Shown here: positions 27,431-36,348 of the stretch, piece by piece
Layout of the letters: the number at the start of each line of letters is the position of its first letter
Numbering within the stretch: the first letter of the stretch is position 1
Virus record (IMG/VR): IMGVR_UViG_3300023174_000203
Coordinates: 1 to 55,683 of that record
Source of the DNA: a virus
Lineage: Duplodnaviria; Caudoviricetes
Reading direction: 5' to 3' (one strand)
Length of the DNA stretch: 55,683 nt
Notes under the pieces: generated by a model
Told to the model about the DNA's origin: nothing
Seen by the model: only the letters and a program-made list of their open reading frames with translations
The model's database searches: none
Position numbers and translations under genes: made by a program

Positions 27431-27580
27431 TCACCAATGTCTAATGATTCCTGCAATAATAAAAATATTTGTAACTATATATGTCATTACAATGATTGTC
27501 CTTATTATTGCTATTTGATCTGCTTCACTATCAGTGACGCCATGTTTTTCACCTATTGCTTTTGCCCATAGTCGCCACAT
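27431..27580 (-). CDS. Small 49 aa membrane protein (not in ORF track)
   Basis: MWRLWAKAIGEK...EADQIAIIRT...AGIIRHW; TGATG-coupled to gp44. Confidence 0.8.
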   Translation of the reverse strand: MWRLWAKAIGEKHGVTDSEADQIAIIRTIIVMTYIVTNIFIIAGIIRHW

Positions 27581-28524
27581 CATTTGAATGCACACTCTAC
27601 CATTATTTCAGTCAAGCATGCTGCGATATTAATTTCTTGGTCTGCAACAAATGCTGCCTTATACTGATAATCTGCTAGGATAAGAACTAACTGAGGAATG
27701 CTTTTAGTCTCTAAAAATTCTGACGAATTATCGTAAAGATCTCTAAAGAATGATGAAGTGTCTACATCAGAATTTTCTCCTACCCATTTACGAACAGAAG
27801 TAAAGTTCTTATCTTTCATATATTTAACAAGAGATTTAATACTTACTTGTTTAATATCAGTAAGGATACCAGAATCAATTTTACCTGTTGCTGAATACCG
27901 TTGAAGTTCATTTAACACCCGACGCCAATCGGGAAAATGTTTCTTAACTACTTCTGCTACAGCTTTAGGATCAAATTTAACACTTTCAGTCTCAAGAATA
28001 TTACATACTAACTTAAAGAAACCACCTGCCATAGCAGTACGTTCTTCTTTAGGAATAGTAAAGTCTACAACAGAACACCGAGATTGCAGTGGATCAATGA
28101 TCTTATTCTTGAAGTTACAAGTTAAAATAAATCCACAGTTTTTACTAAACTCTTCCATGAAATTACGAAGAGCTGGTTGAGTTGAATTAGGATTTAAATA
28201 ATCTGCTTCATCAAGTATAACATATTTACGCCCTCCCACAAATGACACAGTGGACGCAAAGTTCTTGATCTCTACACGAAGAGTATCGATATTACCATTC
28301 ATCGAACCATTGATGATGATATAGTCGCAACCAAGCTCCTCAAGCATGGCACGAGCAACTGTAGTTTTACCTACACCCGCTTTACCACACAAGAGAAGAT
28401 TAGGAACATTTTTTTGATCGACGAATTGCTGAAATACTGATTTAAGATTTGCTGGAAGAATCGTCTTATCAATAGTCTTAGGACGATACTTCTCTACCCA
28501 CAAAAAGTGGTCACGTACATTCAT
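27580..28524 (-). CDS. 44: Clamp loader large subunit (gp44)
   Basis: WVEKYRP, GKAGVGKTT, LDEAD, SRC motif. Confidence 0.97.
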   Translation of the reverse strand: MNVRDHFLWVEKYRPKTIDKTILPANLKSVFQQFVDQKNVPNLLLCGKAGVGKTTVARAMLEELGCDYIIINGSMNGNIDTLRVEIKNFASTVSFVGGRKYVILDEADYLNPNSTQPALRNFMEEFSKNCGFILTCNFKNKIIDPLQSRCSVVDFTIPKEERTAMAGGFFKLVCNILETESVKFDPKAVAEVVKKHFPDWRRVLNELQRYSATGKIDSGILTDIKQVSIKSLVKYMKDKNFTSVRKWVGENSDVDTSSFFRDLYDNSSEFLETKSIPQLVLILADYQYKAAFVADQEINIAACLTEIMVECAFK

Positions 28525-28547
28525 AATATAAAATCCTCAAAGAGTTA

Positions 28548-28844
28548 CTACAAAGAACCTGCGCCTGCAATCTGGATACCTGAACCAAACATATGATTAT
28601 ACTTATTTAGCAGGTCAGTATTGGGTTCATACTGCATTATAACATGTTCTTGCTTTAAAGTAAACTGATCTTTTTCCGCGTAAGGCGCATAAGGAATTAA
28701 GTAAAGTTGCATTTTACTATCCTGTGTAGGAGCCATATGAATATTAGCAGGATTGTCGATTATAATTCCAGCAAAATCATTAGCTACAATTTTACCGATA
28801 AGTTCTTCACCTGTAATTAATTTTAAAATTTGAACTGTCATCAA
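28548..28844 (-). CDS. Conserved hypothetical (Sm-like) protein
   Basis: LKLITGEELIG...Y..MFGSGI. Confidence 0.7.
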   Translation of the reverse strand: MMTVQILKLITGEELIGKIVANDFAGIIIDNPANIHMAPTQDSKMQLYLIPYAPYAEKDQFTLKQEHVIMQYEPNTDLLNKYNHMFGSGIQIAGAGSL

Positions 28845-29494
28845 AACTCCGATTCCGCCTCAACGGCAATATAGTATTCAATATCCTTGCTAATAAATTT
28901 AGCAAGACCTTGTGTGAGTGTTACATGATATGAATCAGGAATCATCTTTAGATTTTCTGCGTGAATGATTCCTCTAAAGGCAGTTTCACAATCACCAACA
29001 AATTCACTAAATGCATTACCAGTAGGATTCTTATGATTAATCGCTTGCACTTGAACTTCACCGTCTTTGCTTGTGACTGCAAGTTCAGGAAGTTTAAAAG
29101 TTCCCATTGCTTTCATTACTCGAGAAAGAACATCAGATGGAAGATCAAACTCGTATACAGTTTCAGGCAGTTTAAGTTTATCGAGTGAAGGTGGTTTTAC
29201 AATGTTATCTTCATTTCCATAGATATAAACTACTTTACTACGACCTGATTGAATAGTAACAGAGCGTGTACCAAAATCAAGTTCAGGTTCATTGAACAAT
29301 GATAGAGCGCCTAAAAATTCAGAAAGATCGTAGATTGCAAAGTCTTGAGGAAAGGAAATATCTAATTTAGCAGTGGCGATCACCGCTTTTCCAGGAGAGA
29401 TGGTGGATAGAATATTTCCTTTTTTAAAGACTAAAGACGGGTTGATCGTCGAAAAATTACGAAGGACCTGCACAGTTCGAGTATCAAGTTTCAT
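28841..29494 (-). CDS. 45: Sliding clamp (gp45)
   Basis: MKL...LRNFSTINPS, FAIYDLSEFL, YYIAVE. Confidence 0.95.
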   Translation of the reverse strand: MKLDTRTVQVLRNFSTINPSLVFKKGNILSTISPGKAVIATAKLDISFPQDFAIYDLSEFLGALSLFNEPELDFGTRSVTIQSGRSKVVYIYGNEDNIVKPPSLDKLKLPETVYEFDLPSDVLSRVMKAMGTFKLPELAVTSKDGEVQVQAINHKNPTGNAFSEFVGDCETAFRGIIHAENLKMIPDSYHVTLTQGLAKFISKDIEYYIAVEAESEF

Positions 29495-29510
29495 AATATA
29501 TTACTTCCTT

Positions 29511-30416
29511 TCATTTGGGTTCTGCAAACACATATAGATTACCACCTTGATATGTATGCCACGGGACACAATACATGGTGATATTTGTTTTCGTTAATTC
29601 AGGGAATGTGTTGATAAACCAATTTAGATTATCAATACTACCATTAAATTCACATTGAAATAAAATTAGCCAATCGCAAGCACCAACTTTCTTGATGATT
29701 CTTTCACGATACTCAATCTGAGTTTCACTAAATGAATGTGTTCCTATTAGAAGAACTTTCTTTCCAGTAAAATCAGGAAGTTGATCGATATCACTTGCTG
29801 TTTTAATATCAGCAAGATCTTCATTGTAGTACTTAACGATCTTAGTCATAGGATCAAAGTCTACATCCCAATACTCACCTTTGAATCCATGTAGATGAAT
29901 GAGTCTTGCTAACTCACCCATACCACCGCCAATTTCAATGATCACATCATAATCACTGATCTTTTTACCAGTTTCTTTTTCATACTTAACTATATTATGA
30001 AGTTTGATTGGCTGAAGATAGTTAGTAGTTACTGAATTATCTTTATCACCAACTTTAATAGAAAAGTTATAGGTAGTTCTTTCATTGAAACCATTCCTAT
30101 ATCCTCTATCAGTTTCTTCTAGCATCTTAATATATGTAAGTTTACTTTCATCTGAATTAGTTGAAAGCATTTCCCATGTATCTCTTAGATAAGCAGTTGA
30201 TAAACGATGCATTTCCTCTGATGCTTGTACAAAGATAGGAACACGATAGATGATTGCTTCATCTTTAAATCCATACAACCGTTTCTCATCAGCAAATACC
30301 TGCTCAAAAAGAGCAGGTACCTTTTCCCAATATTGAGGATCATCTTGAGCAGGATATTGTGCAAGAATTGGATCAATGATCTCCAAATCTTGATTTGTGT
30401 TATATACAAAATCCAT
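29511..30416 (-). CDS. SAM-dependent methyltransferase (putative sugar O-methyltransferase)
   Basis: IIEIGGGMGELAR motif I, DVD, HSFSE. Confidence 0.65.
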   Translation of the reverse strand: MDFVYNTNQDLEIIDPILAQYPAQDDPQYWEKVPALFEQVFADEKRLYGFKDEAIIYRVPIFVQASEEMHRLSTAYLRDTWEMLSTNSDESKLTYIKMLEETDRGYRNGFNERTTYNFSIKVGDKDNSVTTNYLQPIKLHNIVKYEKETGKKISDYDVIIEIGGGMGELARLIHLHGFKGEYWDVDFDPMTKIVKYYNEDLADIKTASDIDQLPDFTGKKVLLIGTHSFSETQIEYRERIIKKVGACDWLILFQCEFNGSIDNLNWFINTFPELTKTNITMYCVPWHTYQGGNLYVFAEPK

Positions 30417-30417
30417 A

Positions 30418-31368
30418 TTATTTCTTCTTTATCTTTTCAATGTCTGCAGTTGCAGATGCACCAATAGAAGCAAGATCAGCAAGCGATCCACCAAATACAT
30501 AACTACCAACGTGCTGCAGTTTCATCCAAGGATTCAACCATACTTTTAGACCAGCGTTTTGTGCGTAGTAACAGAACATATAATCTTCTGATAGATAACG
30601 CTTAGAAGATGTTTTTTCTGCTTCAAGCATTGTCTGTGCACGCTTTACTAATGCTTCAGGTTTTTCACCATTAGCAAGATCTTCCATCAAACGATGCACA
30701 TCATCAAAAGTATAACCACGATCGATAACACAATCAAAGTAAGCATGAATTTCACGTGAACCATCAAATGCTTCTGTACGTACATGATCAGGTTTATACG
30801 AAAGAGAAGGATATGCTTTTTCTATAGTTTCAAACGTAGAACGACGGATCATCATGAATCCAGTTCCACCTTCACGCACTTCAACTGGTTGATTGATAGG
30901 GATTTCGTTCTGACCACTCTTAGGATTAAATACATAATCACCAACGTAGCGCTCTAAAACATTAGCATCATTATCAGCAACACCCTTATCTACTGCTTGC
31001 TTGATCTTTTCCCATGAGATACACTTCTTAGGATATGGTCCACACATAACATCATATTCAGTTTCATCTCCCATCAAAGCAAGCATCGCAACTACGTCTT
31101 GAGCAGAGAATCCAATATCACTATCAATGAACATCATGTGAGTTGCATTTGAACGCAAGAACTCATCAGCACAATAGTTACGTGCACGAGTAATCAACGA
31201 TTCATTGAATAAGAAATAGAATTGAAGTTGAATACCATAGTTAGTACATAGCGCAGAAAGATCTGCGATTGAACGAGTGAACATACCTGCACATTGTCCA
31301 CCATACATAGGTGCTGATACAAACAATTTACGTTTGCGCAGCTCATCAGTTGAGATTTTAATCTCCAT
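30418..31368 (-). CDS. GT-A fold glycosyltransferase-like protein
   Basis: PMYGG, ESLITRARN, FIDSD (DxD), GTGFMMI, LSEDY, LQHVG. Confidence 0.8.
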   Translation of the reverse strand: MEIKISTDELRKRKLFVSAPMYGGQCAGMFTRSIADLSALCTNYGIQLQFYFLFNESLITRARNYCADEFLRSNATHMMFIDSDIGFSAQDVVAMLALMGDETEYDVMCGPYPKKCISWEKIKQAVDKGVADNDANVLERYVGDYVFNPKSGQNEIPINQPVEVREGGTGFMMIRRSTFETIEKAYPSLSYKPDHVRTEAFDGSREIHAYFDCVIDRGYTFDDVHRLMEDLANGEKPEALVKRAQTMLEAEKTSSKRYLSEDYMFCYYAQNAGLKVWLNPWMKLQHVGSYVFGGSLADLASIGASATADIEKIKKK

Positions 31369-31649
31369 TATTTACTCTCCTTTTTATTTTCACTTTGATC
31401 GTGAACATGTAATTGCAAAATTGCGTAATGAATTATCTTCATCAGGTCTTTACGCGCTTCACCTGATTTTTTTCCATACCTACCTGAATATTTTTGAATG
31501 CAGCCGATGTTGAATCCTGTGCCATGACCTGTTGCGATGATTAAATCCATTGGTTGAACTTCATCGCCGTAGTGTGCACCATAGCAGGCATTGACGTAGT
31601 CGGTTATTTCTTTTATATACTTGTCTTCATTAAACCGATACTTGCTCAT
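31368..31649 (-). CDS. DUF3310-like protein
   Basis: HY...GFNIGCIQKYSGRYGKK...DLMKIIHY. Confidence 0.75.
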   Translation of the reverse strand: MSKYRFNEDKYIKEITDYVNACYGAHYGDEVQPMDLIIATGHGTGFNIGCIQKYSGRYGKKSGEARKDLMKIIHYAILQLHVHDQSENKKESK

Positions 31650-32664
31650 GATCTATAACTTTCTTCAAATAATTATGTGCTACACTTAAAGCAGAAGAAA
31701 CTGCTTGGTGCATATCAATGTAAACATACATTCCACATCGCCCGATAAATGTCATCTTAGGATGTTTAATCGCGGCATATAGTTTATATATCTCCCTGTT
31801 CGTGCCCGATAGATCTTTTACAGGATAATATCTTTCCATATTATTTGTACGATAGTCACAAGGTTCTTCATACGTGAGAGTTGTCATTTCAGGATTATGC
31901 CCATGATTAGGAATATTCTTCCATTCTGTCATTCGAGTATAAGGGCCATGATGCGTAAAATTTACTGTTGTCGTAGGAAGAATTCTTGGAGCAGGAATAT
32001 CGACATGATGGAACTTGATTGAACGGTAAGGTAATTCTCCATGACAGTAGTCATGATAGACATCAATTGGCATCGAATTAAAAATGTGGTCATAATCTTT
32101 CTCCATTGATTTATCAAAAGATGTTCCTAATGATACAGTGATACCTTCCCAATCAAGCATATTAGAGATAAGAGCAGTATACCCATCTCTTGGTATCGCT
32201 TGATATTCATCATCAGGAAAATAGTATTCATTAAAGTCATTTCTAATTGGTACACGATTTATAATTGATGGATCTAATTCTTCAATATCCATTCCCCACA
32301 TCTTTTTAGTGTATGGGCGAATAAAGATATCAACGATATTATCTTCACCAACAATATCTTTTGTAGCACGATTAACTGGCAATGTAACATAATCACCATT
32401 GCTTAATAGAGCTTTTACTTTATGCTTATATGGAATCCACTCAGTGAATCGTCCTAGATAATCATAAACCTTTTTATTGTTTGTATGAAATAGATGAGGG
32501 CCATACGCATGCATTCTAATTTTATGGTCATTTACAAAATCATATGCATTACCTGCAATGTGATAACGCTTATCAATGATAGTTACATTATGACCAGCTT
32601 CAGCAAGTTCTCTAGCAATTACAGCACCAGAGAATCCTGCTCCAACTACTAAGATTTTAGACAT
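31630..32664 (-). CDS. glf: UDP-galactopyranose mutase
   Basis: GAGFSG, HIAGNAYD, YGPHLFHT, YTKKMWG, LPYRS, ERYYP, GRCGMYVYIDM. Confidence 0.93.
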   Translation of the reverse strand: MSKILVVGAGFSGAVIARELAEAGHNVTIIDKRYHIAGNAYDFVNDHKIRMHAYGPHLFHTNNKKVYDYLGRFTEWIPYKHKVKALLSNGDYVTLPVNRATKDIVGEDNIVDIFIRPYTKKMWGMDIEELDPSIINRVPIRNDFNEYYFPDDEYQAIPRDGYTALISNMLDWEGITVSLGTSFDKSMEKDYDHIFNSMPIDVYHDYCHGELPYRSIKFHHVDIPAPRILPTTTVNFTHHGPYTRMTEWKNIPNHGHNPEMTTLTYEEPCDYRTNNMERYYPVKDLSGTNREIYKLYAAIKHPKMTFIGRCGMYVYIDMHQAVSSALSVAHNYLKKVIDHEQVSV

Positions 32665-33674
32665 AGATTAAGCTCCGCCTTTTGTGTTTCTTTATTGAGA
32701 GGGTGTATTCTATATAGCGCTTCTCTCTGTGCTGCTGCCAAATCTTCGAGTTCTTTATCACACATATCAACAAGATCTTTTGCTTTTATATCTGCAAGCG
32801 TTTCATCTTCATAGTAAATAAACATCTCATCTGGATCACCAATAAGAATAGATCCCGCATCTGCAACTTGAAGAGGTCTTGCTCTCCACCAACCAGATCC
32901 TGCATGAAAATATCCAGGCATTAAGATACCCCAATGTTCTGCATAGATATTTACCATCACGTCTTCAGTTACACGATCTTGACCATCTTTTCGTGAACCA
33001 TATTTCATCAAAGGCCAATCATTATCATTAATACCTTGTGCTTTAAGCCACTTCTTTGTTTTATCTTGAATTAATCCTGCAAAATTAAATATACGTTGTT
33101 TAGGTTCAACAACAAGATTATTTGGTTTACGATTGAGATGATAAGGATTTGGGTTATACGTAAATATTTTATCGCGTGGATAATCTAATAGAAGAGTAGG
33201 ATCACCACCACGAAATGCAGAGATTAATAGATTATTAGTTTTAGATTGAATAAGATCCAATGCTTCAACAAAATCTTTTTCCCATTCAGTTACATTTTCT
33301 GGGATATTGGTATGACTTTCAAGAACGTATTTTCGAAATAGTTTTTCGGGGTCTCTAAGCGCGAGCAATCCTGAGTAGATACTATCAGTTTGCCAGTCAT
33401 CAAATGCAAGAGTACAGTCTCTTCTTCTAGCAATCGTATAGAGCGCGTTATATACATAAGCAGCGAAACCTGAAGGATTGTGAATATACACAATAACTTT
33501 GTCGTATTTGTCAAGATTTTCTCCAATATCTACAACTCGCTGCTCTACTTCATGTCCCATATCACGGAGACAACGAATTAAACTATAATGTGATGGAACA
33601 ACTTTAAGCTGTTGACTTGCATAGAAGTCTTCAGTGCACTGCAGCTTATTCATTCCTGTGATTAGTATTTTCAT
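32649..33674 (-). CDS. GT-B DNA glycosyltransferase, distant T4 beta-glucosyltransferase homolog
   Basis: Colinear matches to recalled T4 BGT segments: MKILI, KVVPS, RDMGHEV, DKYDKVIV, FDDWQ, ARPLQVADAGSILIGD, AAQREAL; similar length. Confidence 0.65.
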   Translation of the reverse strand: MKILITGMNKLQCTEDFYASQQLKVVPSHYSLIRCLRDMGHEVEQRVVDIGENLDKYDKVIVYIHNPSGFAAYVYNALYTIARRRDCTLAFDDWQTDSIYSGLLALRDPEKLFRKYVLESHTNIPENVTEWEKDFVEALDLIQSKTNNLLISAFRGGDPTLLLDYPRDKIFTYNPNPYHLNRKPNNLVVEPKQRIFNFAGLIQDKTKKWLKAQGINDNDWPLMKYGSRKDGQDRVTEDVMVNIYAEHWGILMPGYFHAGSGWWRARPLQVADAGSILIGDPDEMFIYYEDETLADIKAKDLVDMCDKELEDLAAAQREALYRIHPLNKETQKAELNLCLKS

Positions 33675-34546
33675 TTTAACTCCATCTCATATGCTGATCT
33701 ACACATATCAGCCAACGATCTTTCAACTGTTAGATACTCAGAAGTTCCATCGATTTCAAGAATATCAGGATCTCCTTCACGACGTGGACCAAATTCTTCA
33801 AGCCAACTTTTGCCTGTAACATCTTTCATTATATCAAGAACCTCTAAATTTGTAAACCCTTTATTTGAACCAAGGCATTCATATTCAGCATTCTTAGGAT
33901 TAGAAAAAGCAGCATTCACTATCGCTTTAGCAAGATCAACAACATGAATATAATCCCTAATACAAGTACCATCTCGTGTAGGATAGTCACCTCCATTTAT
34001 GATTACCTTTTCTCTTTTACCTGCAGCAGCTTCTGCAGCAACTCTAATTAAATGTGTTGAGGGACCAAACTGACGATGTTCACCATTAGAACCAGCAACA
34101 TTGAAGAATCTAAAGATTGTATAACCAGGTGCTAACTGTCGAATAACATCTTCAGCTGCTACTTTAGATTTTGCATATGGAGAAACAGGATCAAATGCTC
34201 CTGCTGTTGATGCGAATATAAAATGTTTACACTTTACATTCTTAAGAATATTAATTGTTCCATTTAAATTAGTATCGTAGTATTCATATGGCTTTTCCAT
34301 ACTCTCACCAACTCGTACTAATCCAGCAAGATGAATTACTACGTCATACATAAGACCATGTTGAATATCACGCACATCTTTTTGTATAAGCGTATGACAA
34401 TATGGATTAATATAATTTCTATATGCTGTGTCTATATCAAGAGCTGTAATATAAACTTCACGTGCATTTACTTGCTTATATAATTCTTTCAATACATGAG
34501 CACCAATATAACCCGTAGCTCCTGTTACTAATATGCTTGTAGCCAT
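33671..34546 (-). CDS. galE: UDP-glucose 4-epimerase
   Basis: TGATGYIG, HLAG, FAST, YAKSK, RFFNVAG, DGTCIRDYIHVVDLA, RREGD. Confidence 0.9.
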   Translation of the reverse strand: MATSILVTGATGYIGAHVLKELYKQVNAREVYITALDIDTAYRNYINPYCHTLIQKDVRDIQHGLMYDVVIHLAGLVRVGESMEKPYEYYDTNLNGTINILKNVKCKHFIFASTAGAFDPVSPYAKSKVAAEDVIRQLAPGYTIFRFFNVAGSNGEHRQFGPSTHLIRVAAEAAAGKREKVIINGGDYPTRDGTCIRDYIHVVDLAKAIVNAAFSNPKNAEYECLGSNKGFTNLEVLDIMKDVTGKSWLEEFGPRREGDPDILEIDGTSEYLTVERSLADMCRSAYEMELK

Positions 34547-34890
34547 TCTTTACAATCCTTTAATATCTCATTTACTTTATCATGATCGTTCATCATTCTA
34601 TTTCTAGGTGATGGATGTGGCAAGGTGTAATGCTCGATGCCTAGTGTATTTAGCGTCTTCGAAACATGACCACCTAATGCAATCACACGATAATAGTCTA
34701 TAATTTGAACTAATAGACTATCATAATCTATTTCTTTAAAGTCCCATTCAGGATCATCAGAGAGATTTGTAAACGAGACGACGCCTGTGCCGAGATAATC
34801 AATCCACGAACACAGGCGATTCCAAGCTCCGTTCTTATGTACTTTGTTTGCTAATCGGGATGGGTTCAAACCCACTATTATAGTCTGCAC
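34528..34890 (-). CDS. Minimal uracil-DNA glycosylase-like protein
   Basis: IIVGLNPS, FTN, IALG, LPHPSPRN. Confidence 0.7.
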   Translation of the reverse strand: MQTIIVGLNPSRLANKVHKNGAWNRLCSWIDYLGTGVVSFTNLSDDPEWDFKEIDYDSLLVQIIDYYRVIALGGHVSKTLNTLGIEHYTLPHPSPRNRMMNDHDKVNEILKDCKEWLQAY

Positions 34891-35323
34891 AATATTCAGA
34901 ATATTTTACGCCTGCTTCATCAAACATATCTCGTGTGTCTTCCCACGATTTTAGCCAACGAAGATCAACGTATTGGTCAGTAAAAATATGAACTTCTTTA
35001 ATGCCTACTTGAATAATACCTTTAGCACATTCACTGCATATAGGAAGTCCATACACGTATAATGCTGCACCATCAAGAGATACACCAGAGAATGTCGCGT
35101 TATAGATAACGTTCATCTCAGCATGCACTACATATTTGTATTTAGTAGGCCTATCATCTAATCTTTCAATTGAATCATCAATGCCTCGAGGAAAACCATT
35201 ATAACCTTGAGAAAGAATTTGGCCTTTGCTTCCTACTGCAACAGCACCAATTTTTCTAGATGGATCTTTACTCCAATCAGAAACTTCTTTTGCAAGATTT
35301 AAATATCTTTTATTCCATCTCAT
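34835..35323 (-). CDS. dCMP deaminase
   Basis: WSKDP, GYNGFPRG, HAEMN, PICSEC. Confidence 0.93.
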   Translation of the reverse strand: MRWNKRYLNLAKEVSDWSKDPSRKIGAVAVGSKGQILSQGYNGFPRGIDDSIERLDDRPTKYKYVVHAEMNVIYNATFSGVSLDGAALYVYGLPICSECAKGIIQVGIKEVHIFTDQYVDLRWLKSWEDTRDMFDEAGVKYSEYCADYNSGFEPIPISKQST

Positions 35324-35967
35324 TTTACTAATCCAAAATGTCTTTCATATACATGAAGACTTCCTACACTCCAGATAATATCTCCAAGTTCAACACCAAG
35401 TTCATCGCATAATGCAAGAGCAACATATTCTTGCCATGCATAATCATTCTTATAACCGAAGACAACATCATTACTTCGCATTTGAACAACTACTTGTAGC
35501 TTATTATCACGAATCATGTATTGAACAGCATTTGTGCAGATGAAGTCACTCATACCATCAATATTATAATCATTCCAAATCATTGGACGAGTATAGATCA
35601 TGCATGCACGGCGAGAGAATGGATTACGACGAAGTTCTTCTAGAACATTTTGATATTGATTCCAGTTCTCATCATGCCAAATAAGATAACCATAGTTAGA
35701 ATTAATCCAACCTTGAGTAGATGCAACTTGTTTCCATATATCAGGAGGACCACCGGGAATATCACCAACATTCAATGACATTGATTTATACCAATCAAGT
35801 TCACGTTGAATATACTCTTGATTAGGAGTACCAAAGATTGCAGGTTTATCAGCCAAGAAAGTTGCACCGATAATCTCGATCATGTTGACGCCAGTTTTAT
35901 CCTGGACAAATTTCTTCTGTTCAAGATTGCGTACAAATATATCTCGAATGTTATCAATACTCATCAT
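35320..35967 (-). CDS. 42: dCMP hydroxymethylase (T4 gp42)
   Basis: DKTGV..IEIIGA, EYIQREL.WYKS, INSNYG, IYTRP, GMSDFICTN, MRSNDVVFG.KNDYAWQ, GSLHVY; Asp at the specificity position. Confidence 0.93.
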   Translation of the reverse strand: MMSIDNIRDIFVRNLEQKKFVQDKTGVNMIEIIGATFLADKPAIFGTPNQEYIQRELDWYKSMSLNVGDIPGGPPDIWKQVASTQGWINSNYGYLIWHDENWNQYQNVLEELRRNPFSRRACMIYTRPMIWNDYNIDGMSDFICTNAVQYMIRDNKLQVVVQMRSNDVVFGYKNDYAWQEYVALALCDELGVELGDIIWSVGSLHVYERHFGLVK

Positions 35968-36305
35968 GGTATCATCTTCCTATTCAAGAAGTCACGAGTA
36001 GTTGATTGACCTTCGATACCACCACGCATGTAAGCAACAAAGAACGATGCATAGTTAATTAGATCGACTGCTGAATCTTCCATTGATTCAAAGTTTGGAA
36101 CATAATTAGGATCATTTTCCATCGCTTCCATAACAGATTGAATGCGAAGAATTTTACCATTCATTACATCTAGAATTGATGCGCAACCACGTGGATAGTA
36201 GTCTGCTTGTTTGATACGACTATTAGGATTCTGATAATCGTTTGATTTGCGGGTTTGAATTTCAGCAGCTTGTTGTAGGACTTTTAAAGATTCTTTCATG
36301 TACAC
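35964..36305 (-). CDS. Nucleotide-modification-associated domain protein (DUF1599/Nmad1-like)
   Basis: KSNDY, KILRI, ESMEDSAVDLINYA. Confidence 0.7.
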   Translation of the reverse strand: MYMKESLKVLQQAAEIQTRKSNDYQNPNSRIKQADYYPRGCASILDVMNGKILRIQSVMEAMENDPNYVPNFESMEDSAVDLINYASFFVAYMRGGIEGQSTTRDFLNRKMIP

Positions 36306-36319
36306 TCCATAAAAAATAA

Positions 36320-36348
36320 ATTATATCACACATAAAAAAATAAGTACA
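36320..36348 (-). promoter_or_regulatory. Promoter TGTACT-N17-TATAAT driving the modification operon
   Basis: Exact motif and spacing. Confidence 0.8.

Noticed and set aside
35320-35967. Ordinary thymidylate synthase ThyA
   Set aside because: The sequence follows T4 gp42 closely, has Asp at the specificity position, and thyX is present separately.
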